This document shows, one piece after another, positions 37,555 through 45,156 of a stretch of DNA of 64,000 bases (position 1 is the stretch's first letter; every line of letters begins with the position of its first letter). The position numbers were made by a program, and so were the translations under genes. The DNA is from Pseudomonadota bacterium. Its GTDB lineage: Bacteria > Pseudomonadota > Gammaproteobacteria > Pseudomonadales > Pseudohongiellaceae. The stretch is from positions 1,497 through 65,496 of the forward strand of contig JBEGWB010000155.1 in assembly GCA_041178065.1 (NCBI GenBank). The letters are read 5' to 3'. Below the pieces are notes generated by a model. It did no database searches, was not told the DNA's origin, and worked only from the letters and a program-made list of their open reading frames with translations.

Positions 37555-38602
37555 CCGCATGCCGCGTTAGCGCCCAGGCCACATGCTCGCGCACGAGTGC
37601 CGAACGATGCTCTGCGCGGCTCTGCAGGGCCGCGATGACCGTGGCGCTCGTCGGCGCATTTCCCAGCGCCACCGCAAGATTGCGCAGCCAGCATTCGTAG
37701 CCGATGCGGCGGATCGGTGAACCTTCGGTATTGCGCAGGAATTCTTCCTCGCTCCAGTTGAACAGTTCGACGATCTGCGCGCGGTCCAGCTCGTGCCGCG
37801 GCGTGAAGTCCTTTTCCTTCGCGGGACGCGCGAACTTGTTCCAGGGGCAGCACAGCTGGCAGTCGTCGCAGCCGAAGACGCGGTTGCCGATCAGCGGCCG
37901 CAGCTCCACCGGGATCGCCGTGCGCAGTTCAATCGTCAGGTATGAGATGCATCGGCGCGCATCGAGTTGCTGTGGGCCGGTGAAGGCATTCGTCGGACAC
38001 AGGTCGAGACAGGCGGTGCAGGTACCGCAGTGGAACTCCGCCTTCGTATCGACAGGTAGGGGCAGGTCGGTGAACAGTTCGCCGAGGAAGAACCAGGAGC
38101 CGGCGCGTTTGTTGATCAGCATCGTGTTCTTGCCGATCCAGCCGAGCCCGGCTTTTTCGGCGAAGGCGCGCTCGAGCACCGGCGCGCTATCGACAAATGC
38201 GCGGTAGCCGAAGGCGCCGATGTGCTGCTGGATCTGGTCGGCCAGTTGCTGCAGTCGGCGGCGTATCAATTTGTGGTAGTCGCGCCCGAGCGCATAGCGC
38301 GACAGGTACGCCTGTTGCGGATTCTGCAGCACCTGCACCATACGCGTGTCTTCGGGCAGGTAGTCCATGCGCAGGGAGATCACGCGCAGTGTCCCGGGTA
38401 CAAGTGTTTGTGGCTCGGCGCGCAGGCTGGCGTGGCGTTCCATGTAATCCATTTCGCCGTGGTAGCGCTTCGCGAGCCACTCCTGCAGGTGCGCGGCGTG
38501 CGCGCCGATGTCGAGGTCGGCGATACCCGTTTGCTGAAAACCGAGTTCAGACCCCCAGGTCTTGATGAGTGCGGCGAGTGCAGAGAAATCGGGTTGCGAC
38601 AT
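37535..38602 (-). CDS. queG: Epoxyqueuosine reductase
   Basis: N-terminus MSQPDFSALAALIKTWGSELGFQQTGI and YHGEMDYMERH resemble E. coli QueG. 4Fe-4S motifs CGTCTACLDLCPTNA and CDDCQLCCPWN. Confidence 0.88.
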   Translation of the reverse strand: MSQPDFSALAALIKTWGSELGFQQTGIADLDIGAHAAHLQEWLAKRYHGEMDYMERHASLRAEPQTLVPGTLRVISLRMDYLPEDTRMVQVLQNPQQAYLSRYALGRDYHKLIRRRLQQLADQIQQHIGAFGYRAFVDSAPVLERAFAEKAGLGWIGKNTMLINKRAGSWFFLGELFTDLPLPVDTKAEFHCGTCTACLDLCPTNAFTGPQQLDARRCISYLTIELRTAIPVELRPLIGNRVFGCDDCQLCCPWNKFARPAKEKDFTPRHELDRAQIVELFNWSEEEFLRNTEGSPIRRIGYECWLRNLAVALGNAPTSATVIAALQSRAEHRSALVREHVAWALTRHAGSKGSE

Positions 38603-38617
38603 GCGGCTATGGTAACG

Positions 38618-38741
38618 AATCAAAGGGGTCAGAGTAACTTGATCGGGTTGCGCCGCGCGGTTGTACAGGCTCGGGCGATCAAGTTACTCTGACCCCTTTG
38701 ATCCAGGCTCGGGCGATCAAGTTACTCTGACCCCCTTGATC
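38618..38741. repeat. Cluster of three family B repeats (one inverted plus a 38-bp tandem duplication)
   Basis: 38618-38644 is AATCAAAGGGGTCAGAGTAACTTGATC (inverted copy). 38666-38703 and 38704-38741 are two tandem 38-bp units, CAGGCTCGGGCGATCAAGTTACTCTGACCCC(T/C)TTGATC. Confidence 0.9.
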
Positions 38742-38777
38742 TTTGACCCGTGTACGCCAGCCTGAAAGGAGCCTGCC

Positions 38778-39260
38778 ATGTCCGAAATTGTTGTCGAAAA
38801 ACGCCCGCCATTCCCGCCCTTTACGCGCGAAACCGCGATCCAGAAAGTGCGTGCGGCCGAAGATGGCTGGAATAACCGCAACGCAGAGAAGGTCGCGCTG
38901 GCCTACACGATCGACAGCAAGTGGCGCAACCGCAGTGAATTCTTTCAGGGGCGTGCCGCGATTACGGAATTCCTCACGCGCAAATGGGCGAGCGAGCATG
39001 AGTACCGCCTGATCAAGGAGCTGTGGGCTTTTAGCGACAATCGCATCGCCGTGCGCTTCGCGTATGAATGGCACGATGCGTCCGGGCAGTGGTATCGCTC
39101 ATATGGCAATGAAAACTGGGAGTTCGACGCGAATGGTTTGATGCAAGTACGCCGCGCGAGCATCAACGATCTTAAGATCAACGGCAGCGAGCGCAAATTC
39201 CACTGGCCCGCGGGCCCGCGCCCGGCGGGTCATCCAGGCTTGAGCGAACTCGACCTGTAA
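38778..39260 (+). CDS. DUF1348 (NTF2-like) family protein
   Basis: [56 protein letters not shown]...DNRIAV.F.YEW. RBS AAAGGAG. Confidence 0.75.
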   Translation: MSEIVVEKRPPFPPFTRETAIQKVRAAEDGWNNRNAEKVALAYTIDSKWRNRSEFFQGRAAITEFLTRKWASEHEYRLIKELWAFSDNRIAVRFAYEWHDASGQWYRSYGNENWEFDANGLMQVRRASINDLKINGSERKFHWPAGPRPAGHPGLSELDL

Positions 39261-39296
39261 AGAACGCTCAGTGCATTGCAAGCAGTAGTGTCTGCG

Positions 39297-39333
39297 CTGC
39301 AGGCGCCGCGCGGTTAAACCCGGCGCCTTGCAG
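39297..39333. terminator. Hairpin between the convergent DUF1348 and AraC-MGMT genes
   Basis: CTGCAGGCGCC-(14 nt)-GGCGCCTTGCAG, with one bulged base. Confidence 0.35.
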
Positions 39334-39358
39334 ACCGCGGCGCCGGCCTGATCCCGCC

Positions 39359-40219
39359 TCAGGGCTGCGTACGCCCCGCCTCATCCGCGCGCAATATTTC
39401 CCAGGCCTGTATCGCTTCCTTGCGCGTCAGACCCCAACGGTAGCCGCCGAGCGCGCCGCTCTGCTGGATCACGCGATGACACGGGATCAGGAACGCAACC
39501 GGGTTTGCGCCGATCGCCGTGCCAGCCGCGCGCACGGCGCGCGGCGCGCCAATACTGTCGGCGACCTGCTTGTAACTGACAGCCGCCCCCGCCGGAATAC
39601 GCAACAGTGCGCGCCACACGGCGACCTGGAAGTTCGTGCCGGCGACATGCAGGGATAGCGGCCCCTTCAGCTCCGCCGGTTTTGCCGATAGCAGTTCCGC
39701 GATGGCGCGCGTCGTTGCAATGCTTTCAATGAACGTCGCCAGCGGCCAGCTTTTACGCAGCGCGCCCAGCTGCGTGCCGATGTCTTCCTCACTGTCGATG
39801 AATGCCGCCTTGCATACGCCACGGCCCGTCTGCGCAACGAACAGGTGGCCGAAGGGCGTGTCATGCAGGCCATGCTCGATGACGAGATCGCGACCCTTGC
39901 CCCGATACTCGCCCGGCGTGACTGCTTCGATCTGCACGAAATGATCATGCAGGCGCGAGCTGCTGCTCAGGCCAAGCCTGTCGGACACTTCCAGCAGCGA
40001 GCCGGATCCATCGAGCAGCTTCTTGCCAAGCTCCAGCGTCAGTACCTGCAGGAAGCGTTTGGGTGTCGTCCCAGCCCAGCGGCTGAATAAACGCTGGAAA
40101 TGAAAGGGGCTCAGATGCACCTGCGCCGCGAGCTCGTCGAGCGAGGGTTGCGCCGTGAGGTTCTCGCGCAAATACGCTATCGCTTTTGCTATGCGTTGAT
40201 AATCCGAGTGCTCATTCAT
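39359..40219 (-). CDS. AraC-type HTH fused to methylated-DNA-protein-cysteine methyltransferase (Ada/Ogt-like)
   Basis: N-terminal LDELAAQVHLSPFHFQRLFSRWAGTTPKRFLQ (AraC HTH). C-terminal MGMT active site IPCHRVI. ATG 40219 (MNEHSDY) chosen. Confidence 0.85.
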   Translation of the reverse strand: MNEHSDYQRIAKAIAYLRENLTAQPSLDELAAQVHLSPFHFQRLFSRWAGTTPKRFLQVLTLELGKKLLDGSGSLLEVSDRLGLSSSSRLHDHFVQIEAVTPGEYRGKGRDLVIEHGLHDTPFGHLFVAQTGRGVCKAAFIDSEEDIGTQLGALRKSWPLATFIESIATTRAIAELLSAKPAELKGPLSLHVAGTNFQVAVWRALLRIPAGAAVSYKQVADSIGAPRAVRAAGTAIGANPVAFLIPCHRVIQQSGALGGYRWGLTRKEAIQAWEILRADEAGRTQP

Positions 40220-40361
40220 GGTGAATGGTGAATGGTGCCTGCCTGCAGTGTAGCCGACGAGTGTCGACGTGAATATCAGCGACCCGGCGCCGCGCAGCCG
40301 CATGGCCGATGCCGGAACTGGCGCCGGTGATGATCGCAACCTTGTTTGCCAGCAACTGCAT
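40220..40361 (-). pseudogene. Decayed remnant of a short-chain dehydrogenase/reductase gene
   Basis: One minus frame reads MQLLANKVAIITGASSGIGHAAA (SDR TGxxxGIG cofactor motif). The adjacent frame continues RLRGAGSLIFTSTLVGYTAG (the segment around the catalytic Ser). This indicates a frameshift plus an internal deletion of about 100 codons, truncated by the next gene. Confidence 0.6.
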
Positions 40362-40447
40362 GTCGACACGCCGCAATAAATGGATAGTGCGCAAGTGTGT
40401 CGCGGCGGCGAAGGCGAGTCGAACCGGATCTTGCTGAGTTTGCGGCC

Positions 40448-41497
40448 CTAAAAGCTGTAACGCAGCGTCATGTCGGCTGCATCGCGGGTATACGAGTCGA
40501 TGCGTTCGGAGCTGCTATAGGCGAGGAACAAACGCCAGCGCGCGCTGAGGTCGAGCTGCCAGTAGGCGGCCCACGCGCGCGTGTCGACAGTGATGAGGTT
40601 TTCAGTGGCGGGCCCATCGCTTAAGTAGAGGCCGACGCGTGCGCGCCCATTGACCTGCCAGTGCGCACCGAGCATCCAGGCGACGGTACTTTCGTCATCC
40701 TGGTCCCGCACCATGCCAAGCGCAGGGGTAAGCCAGGCGTCGACGCCTGGCAGGTAATATTCGAGGCCCATCATCAGGCGATCCGTGCGGCCGTTCGCAA
40801 AAGAGCTGTGCTGGTATGAACCATAGGCGGCGACTGTGCCGTAGGTATCGCGGCTCTCTGCTAGCGTCTTGCTGGTTTCGATACGCGCAAAATATTCCGG
40901 CATGAAGTCGGCTTCCGGCGTCACACCGAGCGCAACTTGCAGCGGCAACCTGCTGCCTGCGCCCAGTGTCATGCCGCCTTCGATCATCGTGTCATGAAGA
41001 CTGAAGCGATGATTGTGTTCGCCGCGGATGTAGTTCTGGCCGCCGTCTTTGCGAATGACGCGATACTCGACGTTGCGATCGTTCCATTCGGCGAATTCGG
41101 CCTGATCAATTGTATTGCGGCTGAAGCCGGTAGTGACAAACTGATCAGCATCAGGTGAACCGATTAGCGGTACCGCCCGCAGCTCGAGGATCCGCACGCG
41201 CGCGAGCTGCAAATCAGCATCGTTCGGCGCGCTCAGCAGCGCGGTGTCGATCAACGTCAGCGCATCGGTATACAAACCCTGGTAAGCGAGCACCATGCCG
41301 AGCAGGTATGAAACTTCCGCTTTATTCGGCGGCAACTCATAGGCGCGCCGAAGTATGTCTTCGGCGACATGCAGGTTGCCGGCGTTACGCTCCACCACAG
41401 CCTGGGCAATCAGCGTGTCGTAATCCTGCGCGAATGCCGGGTTGGTCGCCAGCGTTACGACCAGCGGAAGGGCGCGGAACATAAATTGCAGTTTCAT
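40448..41497 (-). CDS. Outer-membrane protein: N-terminal TPR region plus YaiO-like beta-barrel
   Basis: Signal peptide MKLQFMFRALPLVVTLATNPAFA-Q. TPR-like helices (AEVSYLLGMVLAYQGLYTDALTLIDTAL). Alternating beta pattern ending MTLRYSF. The longer track ORF (to 41944) overlaps the upstream GT2 gene. Confidence 0.7.
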   Translation of the reverse strand: MKLQFMFRALPLVVTLATNPAFAQDYDTLIAQAVVERNAGNLHVAEDILRRAYELPPNKAEVSYLLGMVLAYQGLYTDALTLIDTALLSAPNDADLQLARVRILELRAVPLIGSPDADQFVTTGFSRNTIDQAEFAEWNDRNVEYRVIRKDGGQNYIRGEHNHRFSLHDTMIEGGMTLGAGSRLPLQVALGVTPEADFMPEYFARIETSKTLAESRDTYGTVAAYGSYQHSSFANGRTDRLMMGLEYYLPGVDAWLTPALGMVRDQDDESTVAWMLGAHWQVNGRARVGLYLSDGPATENLITVDTRAWAAYWQLDLSARWRLFLAYSSSERIDSYTRDAADMTLRYSF

Positions 41498-41531
41498 GGC
41501 GTGGATACCTGGGATTTGTTGTTTCGATGTT

Positions 41532-42944
41532 TCATTTGGTGGTCTGGAATCCTGTTCGCTCCATTTTGCCCCAGTCCTTTTTGCCGCGCAGGAACGTGTA
41601 GACGCCGTGCATGCGCCACCAGGCGTTGAGCTGTCGGTAGCCAAAGCTTTCGAGCAGCGACAGCAGGAACAGTTCGAGCAGATCGCGCACCTTCGGATAG
41701 CGCCGGAACGAGATCTCCTCGAGGCTGACGGCGAAGAATGACAATGCCATGCCGAGAACGAAGGACACCAGGAAGAAGGTCGTCGTGAACACCAGGCTGC
41801 CCGGCTGCCACGCGAACAGCAGGTAGAAAAAATACACATAGGCAAGAAACTCGATGATCGGGCCGAGCCCCTCGAGCAGCATGAAGTAGGGGAAAGCCAG
41901 CAAGCCGATGCGGCCGTAGCGCGGATTGAACAGCATGCCGGCATGCCGCGTCGTCGCTTCGAGCAGGCCGCGCTGCCAGCGCGACCGCTGTCGCTGCAGT
42001 ACTTTCAATGACTCCGGGCATTCGGTCCATGCCACGGGATCAGGCACGTAGGAAATGCGGTACGGACGCTTCTGGTCCCGGCAATAACGGTGCAGGCGGA
42101 CCACGAGCTCGATATCTTCGCCAACGGTCTCAACCCCATTGCGCTTTGTGGAGTAGCCACCGGCGGCGACCACCGTGCTGCGGTGGAACAGGCCGAAGGC
42201 GCCGGAAATGATGAGCGTCGCGTTAATGGCTTCCCAGCCCATGCGCCCTGCGAGAAAAGCGCGGAAATATTCCAGCACCTGGAACTTTGCCAGGAGCTTT
42301 TTCGGCATGTTGATCGCGGTCACCCTGCCTGCATGCACATGACTGCCGTTGACGATACGGATGAGGCCGCCGACGGCGACTGTGTCGCTGTCTTCGATGT
42401 AGGGTCGTACGATGCGCGTCAGCGCGGGCTTTTCCAGCAAGCTGTCAGCATCGACGGCACAAAACAACGGACTCTCGCTGAAGTTGATGCCCGCGTTCAG
42501 CGAGTCGGCCTTGCCGCCGTTTTCCTTGTCGATGAGCCACAGGTTGGGGATGCGCTTGCTTTGGTAGAGGCCGCGTATGCTGGCGCATGGAATGCTTGCC
42601 GTGGGCATGCGGTAGGCTTCCTGCATGTCAAAGGCCTCGCGCATGCATTCGAAGGTGTTGTCCTTCGAGTCATCGTTGATAACGAGTACTTCGTACTCCG
42701 GGTACTCCAGCGCGAGCAGCGACCGCGTGGCCTCGACGCACGTCGCTTCCTCATTGTACGCCGGCGCGAGAACCGTGATCGGCGGCAGGAATCCCGATGC
42801 AAGCAGAGCTGCGTCGGGATAGGCATCCATCTTGTTCGCATACTGGCGCAGCCGGTTGAATGCCAGCAGGCTTGTGATGAAGTACACGGCGCTCAGCACC
42901 ACGAAGTAGCCGAGCACGAGATAGTTGAAGGCAGTCAGTATCAT
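41532..42944 (-). CDS. Processive family-2 glycosyltransferase (PgaC/NfrB/cellulose-synthase-like polysaccharide synthase)
   Basis: N-terminal TM, VLAPAYNEE, VINDDSKDN, CAVDADS and the Q-x-x-R-W motif QRSRWQRG, followed by C-terminal TM helices. ATG 42944 has GAGGA upstream. Confidence 0.85.
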   Translation of the reverse strand: MILTAFNYLVLGYFVVLSAVYFITSLLAFNRLRQYANKMDAYPDAALLASGFLPPITVLAPAYNEEATCVEATRSLLALEYPEYEVLVINDDSKDNTFECMREAFDMQEAYRMPTASIPCASIRGLYQSKRIPNLWLIDKENGGKADSLNAGINFSESPLFCAVDADSLLEKPALTRIVRPYIEDSDTVAVGGLIRIVNGSHVHAGRVTAINMPKKLLAKFQVLEYFRAFLAGRMGWEAINATLIISGAFGLFHRSTVVAAGGYSTKRNGVETVGEDIELVVRLHRYCRDQKRPYRISYVPDPVAWTECPESLKVLQRQRSRWQRGLLEATTRHAGMLFNPRYGRIGLLAFPYFMLLEGLGPIIEFLAYVYFFYLLFAWQPGSLVFTTTFFLVSFVLGMALSFFAVSLEEISFRRYPKVRDLLELFLLSLLESFGYRQLNAWWRMHGVYTFLRGKKDWGKMERTGFQTTK

Positions 42945-42957
42945 CGGCGCGTCATCC

Positions 42958-44034
42958 TCATTCGGCGAGTATCTGGCGGACGAGCGCGGCGCGCGGATGG
43001 CCGTCGCGCACCAGTTGCTCCAGCGCCGCATGGCCACCGAGATCCTTCATGCCATAGACGGCCTGGCGCGCAACCCACGGACTTGGATCATCCAGAGCGC
43101 GCAGGAATATCGCGTAGTCCTCGCTGGTGCACAGGGCGCGCAAGGTGCGCAGTGCGTTGACGCGCAGGAATTCCAGCGGGGCGTTGCAGATAGCACGCAC
43201 GGCCACGGAGTGATACTGCTGCCCGACTTCACGCAGCAGGCGCAATGTCGCGACGATGAGCTCGGGGTCCTGGTCAGTTCCGAGCTGGTCCGCGGCACTG
43301 TCGGCGACAGGATAGTCCGCATAGTTGATCAGTGCCTGCGCGGCGATGATGCGCGTGCGCACCGGTCGCGCCGGATCCAGGTAGATGTTCTCGAGCAGCG
43401 GAATCGCATCGGGCCCCATGCCCGATAGCAGGCTGGCCAGTTTGTGCAGGTTCCACTTGTCAAAACGGTGGAAGTGGTCCATGACGCGCGGGATGTAGCT
43501 GACGTGCTTCTGCGCCAGCAAGGCAGTCGCAGCGGCCATGGCGACAGCGGGCGATTTATCCTGCAGCGCTGCGAAGGCTGCTTGCTCATACTCGGGCATG
43601 CCGAACACACTGATGACGTTCATCGCCCAGATGCGTACGCCCGCATCCCTGGCCTGCAGGCGGGGCGCGACATGCGGCAGGTAATGCAGCGCGAGGCTTT
43701 TGAGCGTGACGAGATCGGAGCCACGCAGCCGCCAGCCGTATGGCATGAGATAGCGCACGAAGTCGAGTTCGTCCTCGTGCCGAACCAGCTTGAGGAACTC
43801 GGCAGGGGACATGTCGCCACTGAGAACGTTCAGGATGTCCTTGTCCCACAGTTCATGCAGTCGTTTCCAGAGAAGCTCGCGTTGGTTATGGCCACGACGC
43901 AAGAGGAGCGCAAACAAGGCAAAGCACAGTGCAAGTAAAAACAGTACGACGACGCTCGTGCCGAGGAAGAACAGCGTCTGGTGCTCGAACGAGGTCTTAT
44001 CAAACCCAAGGTACTGTTCGTACAGGTATTTCAC
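42958..44034 (-). CDS. Membrane-anchored HEAT/PBS-lyase-repeat protein
   Basis: N-terminal TM TLFFLGTSVVVLFLLALCFALFALLL. Repeated about 30-aa helical units (..D.....R..A...L). Its stop lies 13 nt before the GT2 start. Confidence 0.65.
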   Translation of the reverse strand: MKYLYEQYLGFDKTSFEHQTLFFLGTSVVVLFLLALCFALFALLLRRGHNQRELLWKRLHELWDKDILNVLSGDMSPAEFLKLVRHEDELDFVRYLMPYGWRLRGSDLVTLKSLALHYLPHVAPRLQARDAGVRIWAMNVISVFGMPEYEQAAFAALQDKSPAVAMAAATALLAQKHVSYIPRVMDHFHRFDKWNLHKLASLLSGMGPDAIPLLENIYLDPARPVRTRIIAAQALINYADYPVADSAADQLGTDQDPELIVATLRLLREVGQQYHSVAVRAICNAPLEFLRVNALRTLRALCTSEDYAIFLRALDDPSPWVARQAVYGMKDLGGHAALEQLVRDGHPRAALVRQILAE

Positions 44035-44047
44035 CGGAAGGAAGGCA

Positions 44048-45127
44048 TCAGGGTTTGACGAGACTCTTCACGCGCGCAAGTAATTCCACGGGTGAGAATG
44101 GCTTGACGATGTAGTCGCTCGCGCCCATGTCATAACCGCGCACGACGTCTTTCTCGCTGCCCATCGCCGTCAGCATGATCACTGGCACCGCTTTGCCTGC
44201 CGGCAGCGCGCGGGTACGCGCCAGCACTTCGAATCCGTCGTGGACCGGCATCTTGACGTCGAGGATGATCAGGCACCAGCCCTCGTATTCCACGGCGTGC
44301 ATTGCATCGGCGCCGGAGTTGACATGCACAACCTCAAAGCCGTCACGCGCAAGGCGATGCTTGATGATGCCGGCCAGCAGTTCATCGTCTTCGGCGAGCA
44401 GCACCTTGCGGCCGGGGGCTCTGAGACCGGACGCGGGCCCGGTGTTCTCGGCCTGTGCCGGTGGCATGACAGGTTGAGCCGGCGCACGCAGTTCGGCGTC
44501 GATCATCGACGTGATGGCTTCGGGGTCGAAGGGCTTGCTGAAAAAGCGCTGCGCGCCGAGTGCGAGACATTCGTCCTTGATGGACTGCCGATCGACTCCC
44601 GACAGAACGAAGACAGGAATGCCTGGACCGAGAGTGGCGCGAATCTCACGCAGCAGTACGCGGCCGTCGCCGTCGGATAGCACGAGGTCAAGCACCACTA
44701 GTCCATAGTGCTGTTGCTTCAGAGACACGCTTGCTTCAGCGGAACTGCTCGCGATCTTGATGCGGTAGTTGTCTGATTTCCTCGTCAGCAACACCTTCAT
44801 CAGATTGGAGATGTCGGCGTCGTCTTCGACAATCAGGATATGCAGGTACAAATCGTTTGCCTCACGCCCGGCCTCGAGCAATACACGCAGGAGGTTCGTG
44901 AGCTGGTGCAGCATGCTGTCAGTATCAGCTTGCTCGACATTCTTCGCAGCCGCGCTGATCTGTGGATACCCGAAGGTTGTGCCAGAGCCGTGAAGGGAAT
45001 GGGCCAGCAGGCGCAAGCTGTCAGTTGCGCCAGTCTTTCCATCGCGCATCTCGCCTAGCAACGCGCGTATTGTCCTGATTTTCTCCGGCAGCGACTGGCG
45101 GTACTGTTCCTTGAGTTCCTCGAGCAT
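44048..45127 (-). CDS. Hpt-REC-REC phosphorelay protein without an output domain
   Basis: N-terminal LAHSLHGSGTTFGYPQI (Hpt His). Two receiver domains (ILIVEDDADI...VVLDLVLSDGDG and VLLAEDDELL...IILDVKMPVHDG...K). Confidence 0.8.
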   Translation of the reverse strand: MLEELKEQYRQSLPEKIRTIRALLGEMRDGKTGATDSLRLLAHSLHGSGTTFGYPQISAAAKNVEQADTDSMLHQLTNLLRVLLEAGREANDLYLHILIVEDDADISNLMKVLLTRKSDNYRIKIASSSAEASVSLKQQHYGLVVLDLVLSDGDGRVLLREIRATLGPGIPVFVLSGVDRQSIKDECLALGAQRFFSKPFDPEAITSMIDAELRAPAQPVMPPAQAENTGPASGLRAPGRKVLLAEDDELLAGIIKHRLARDGFEVVHVNSGADAMHAVEYEGWCLIILDVKMPVHDGFEVLARTRALPAGKAVPVIMLTAMGSEKDVVRGYDMGASDYIVKPFSPVELLARVKSLVKP

Positions 45128-45156
45128 TTTTCGACACTTTAATGAAAGGGTGCCGA

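Noticed and set aside
38618-38741. Repeat cluster considered as IS/MITE termini or a CRISPR-like array
   Set aside because: No transposase, no target-site duplication recognisable and no unique spacers. The units are short palindromes dispersed at other gene ends, which fits REP-like elements better.
40448-41944. Long version (498 aa) of the YaiO-like ORF overlapping the GT2 gene by about 410 nt
   Set aside because: The first 149 codons are Cys/Ser/Arg-rich junk in an alternative frame of the GT2 gene. A canonical signal peptide starts at ATG 41497.
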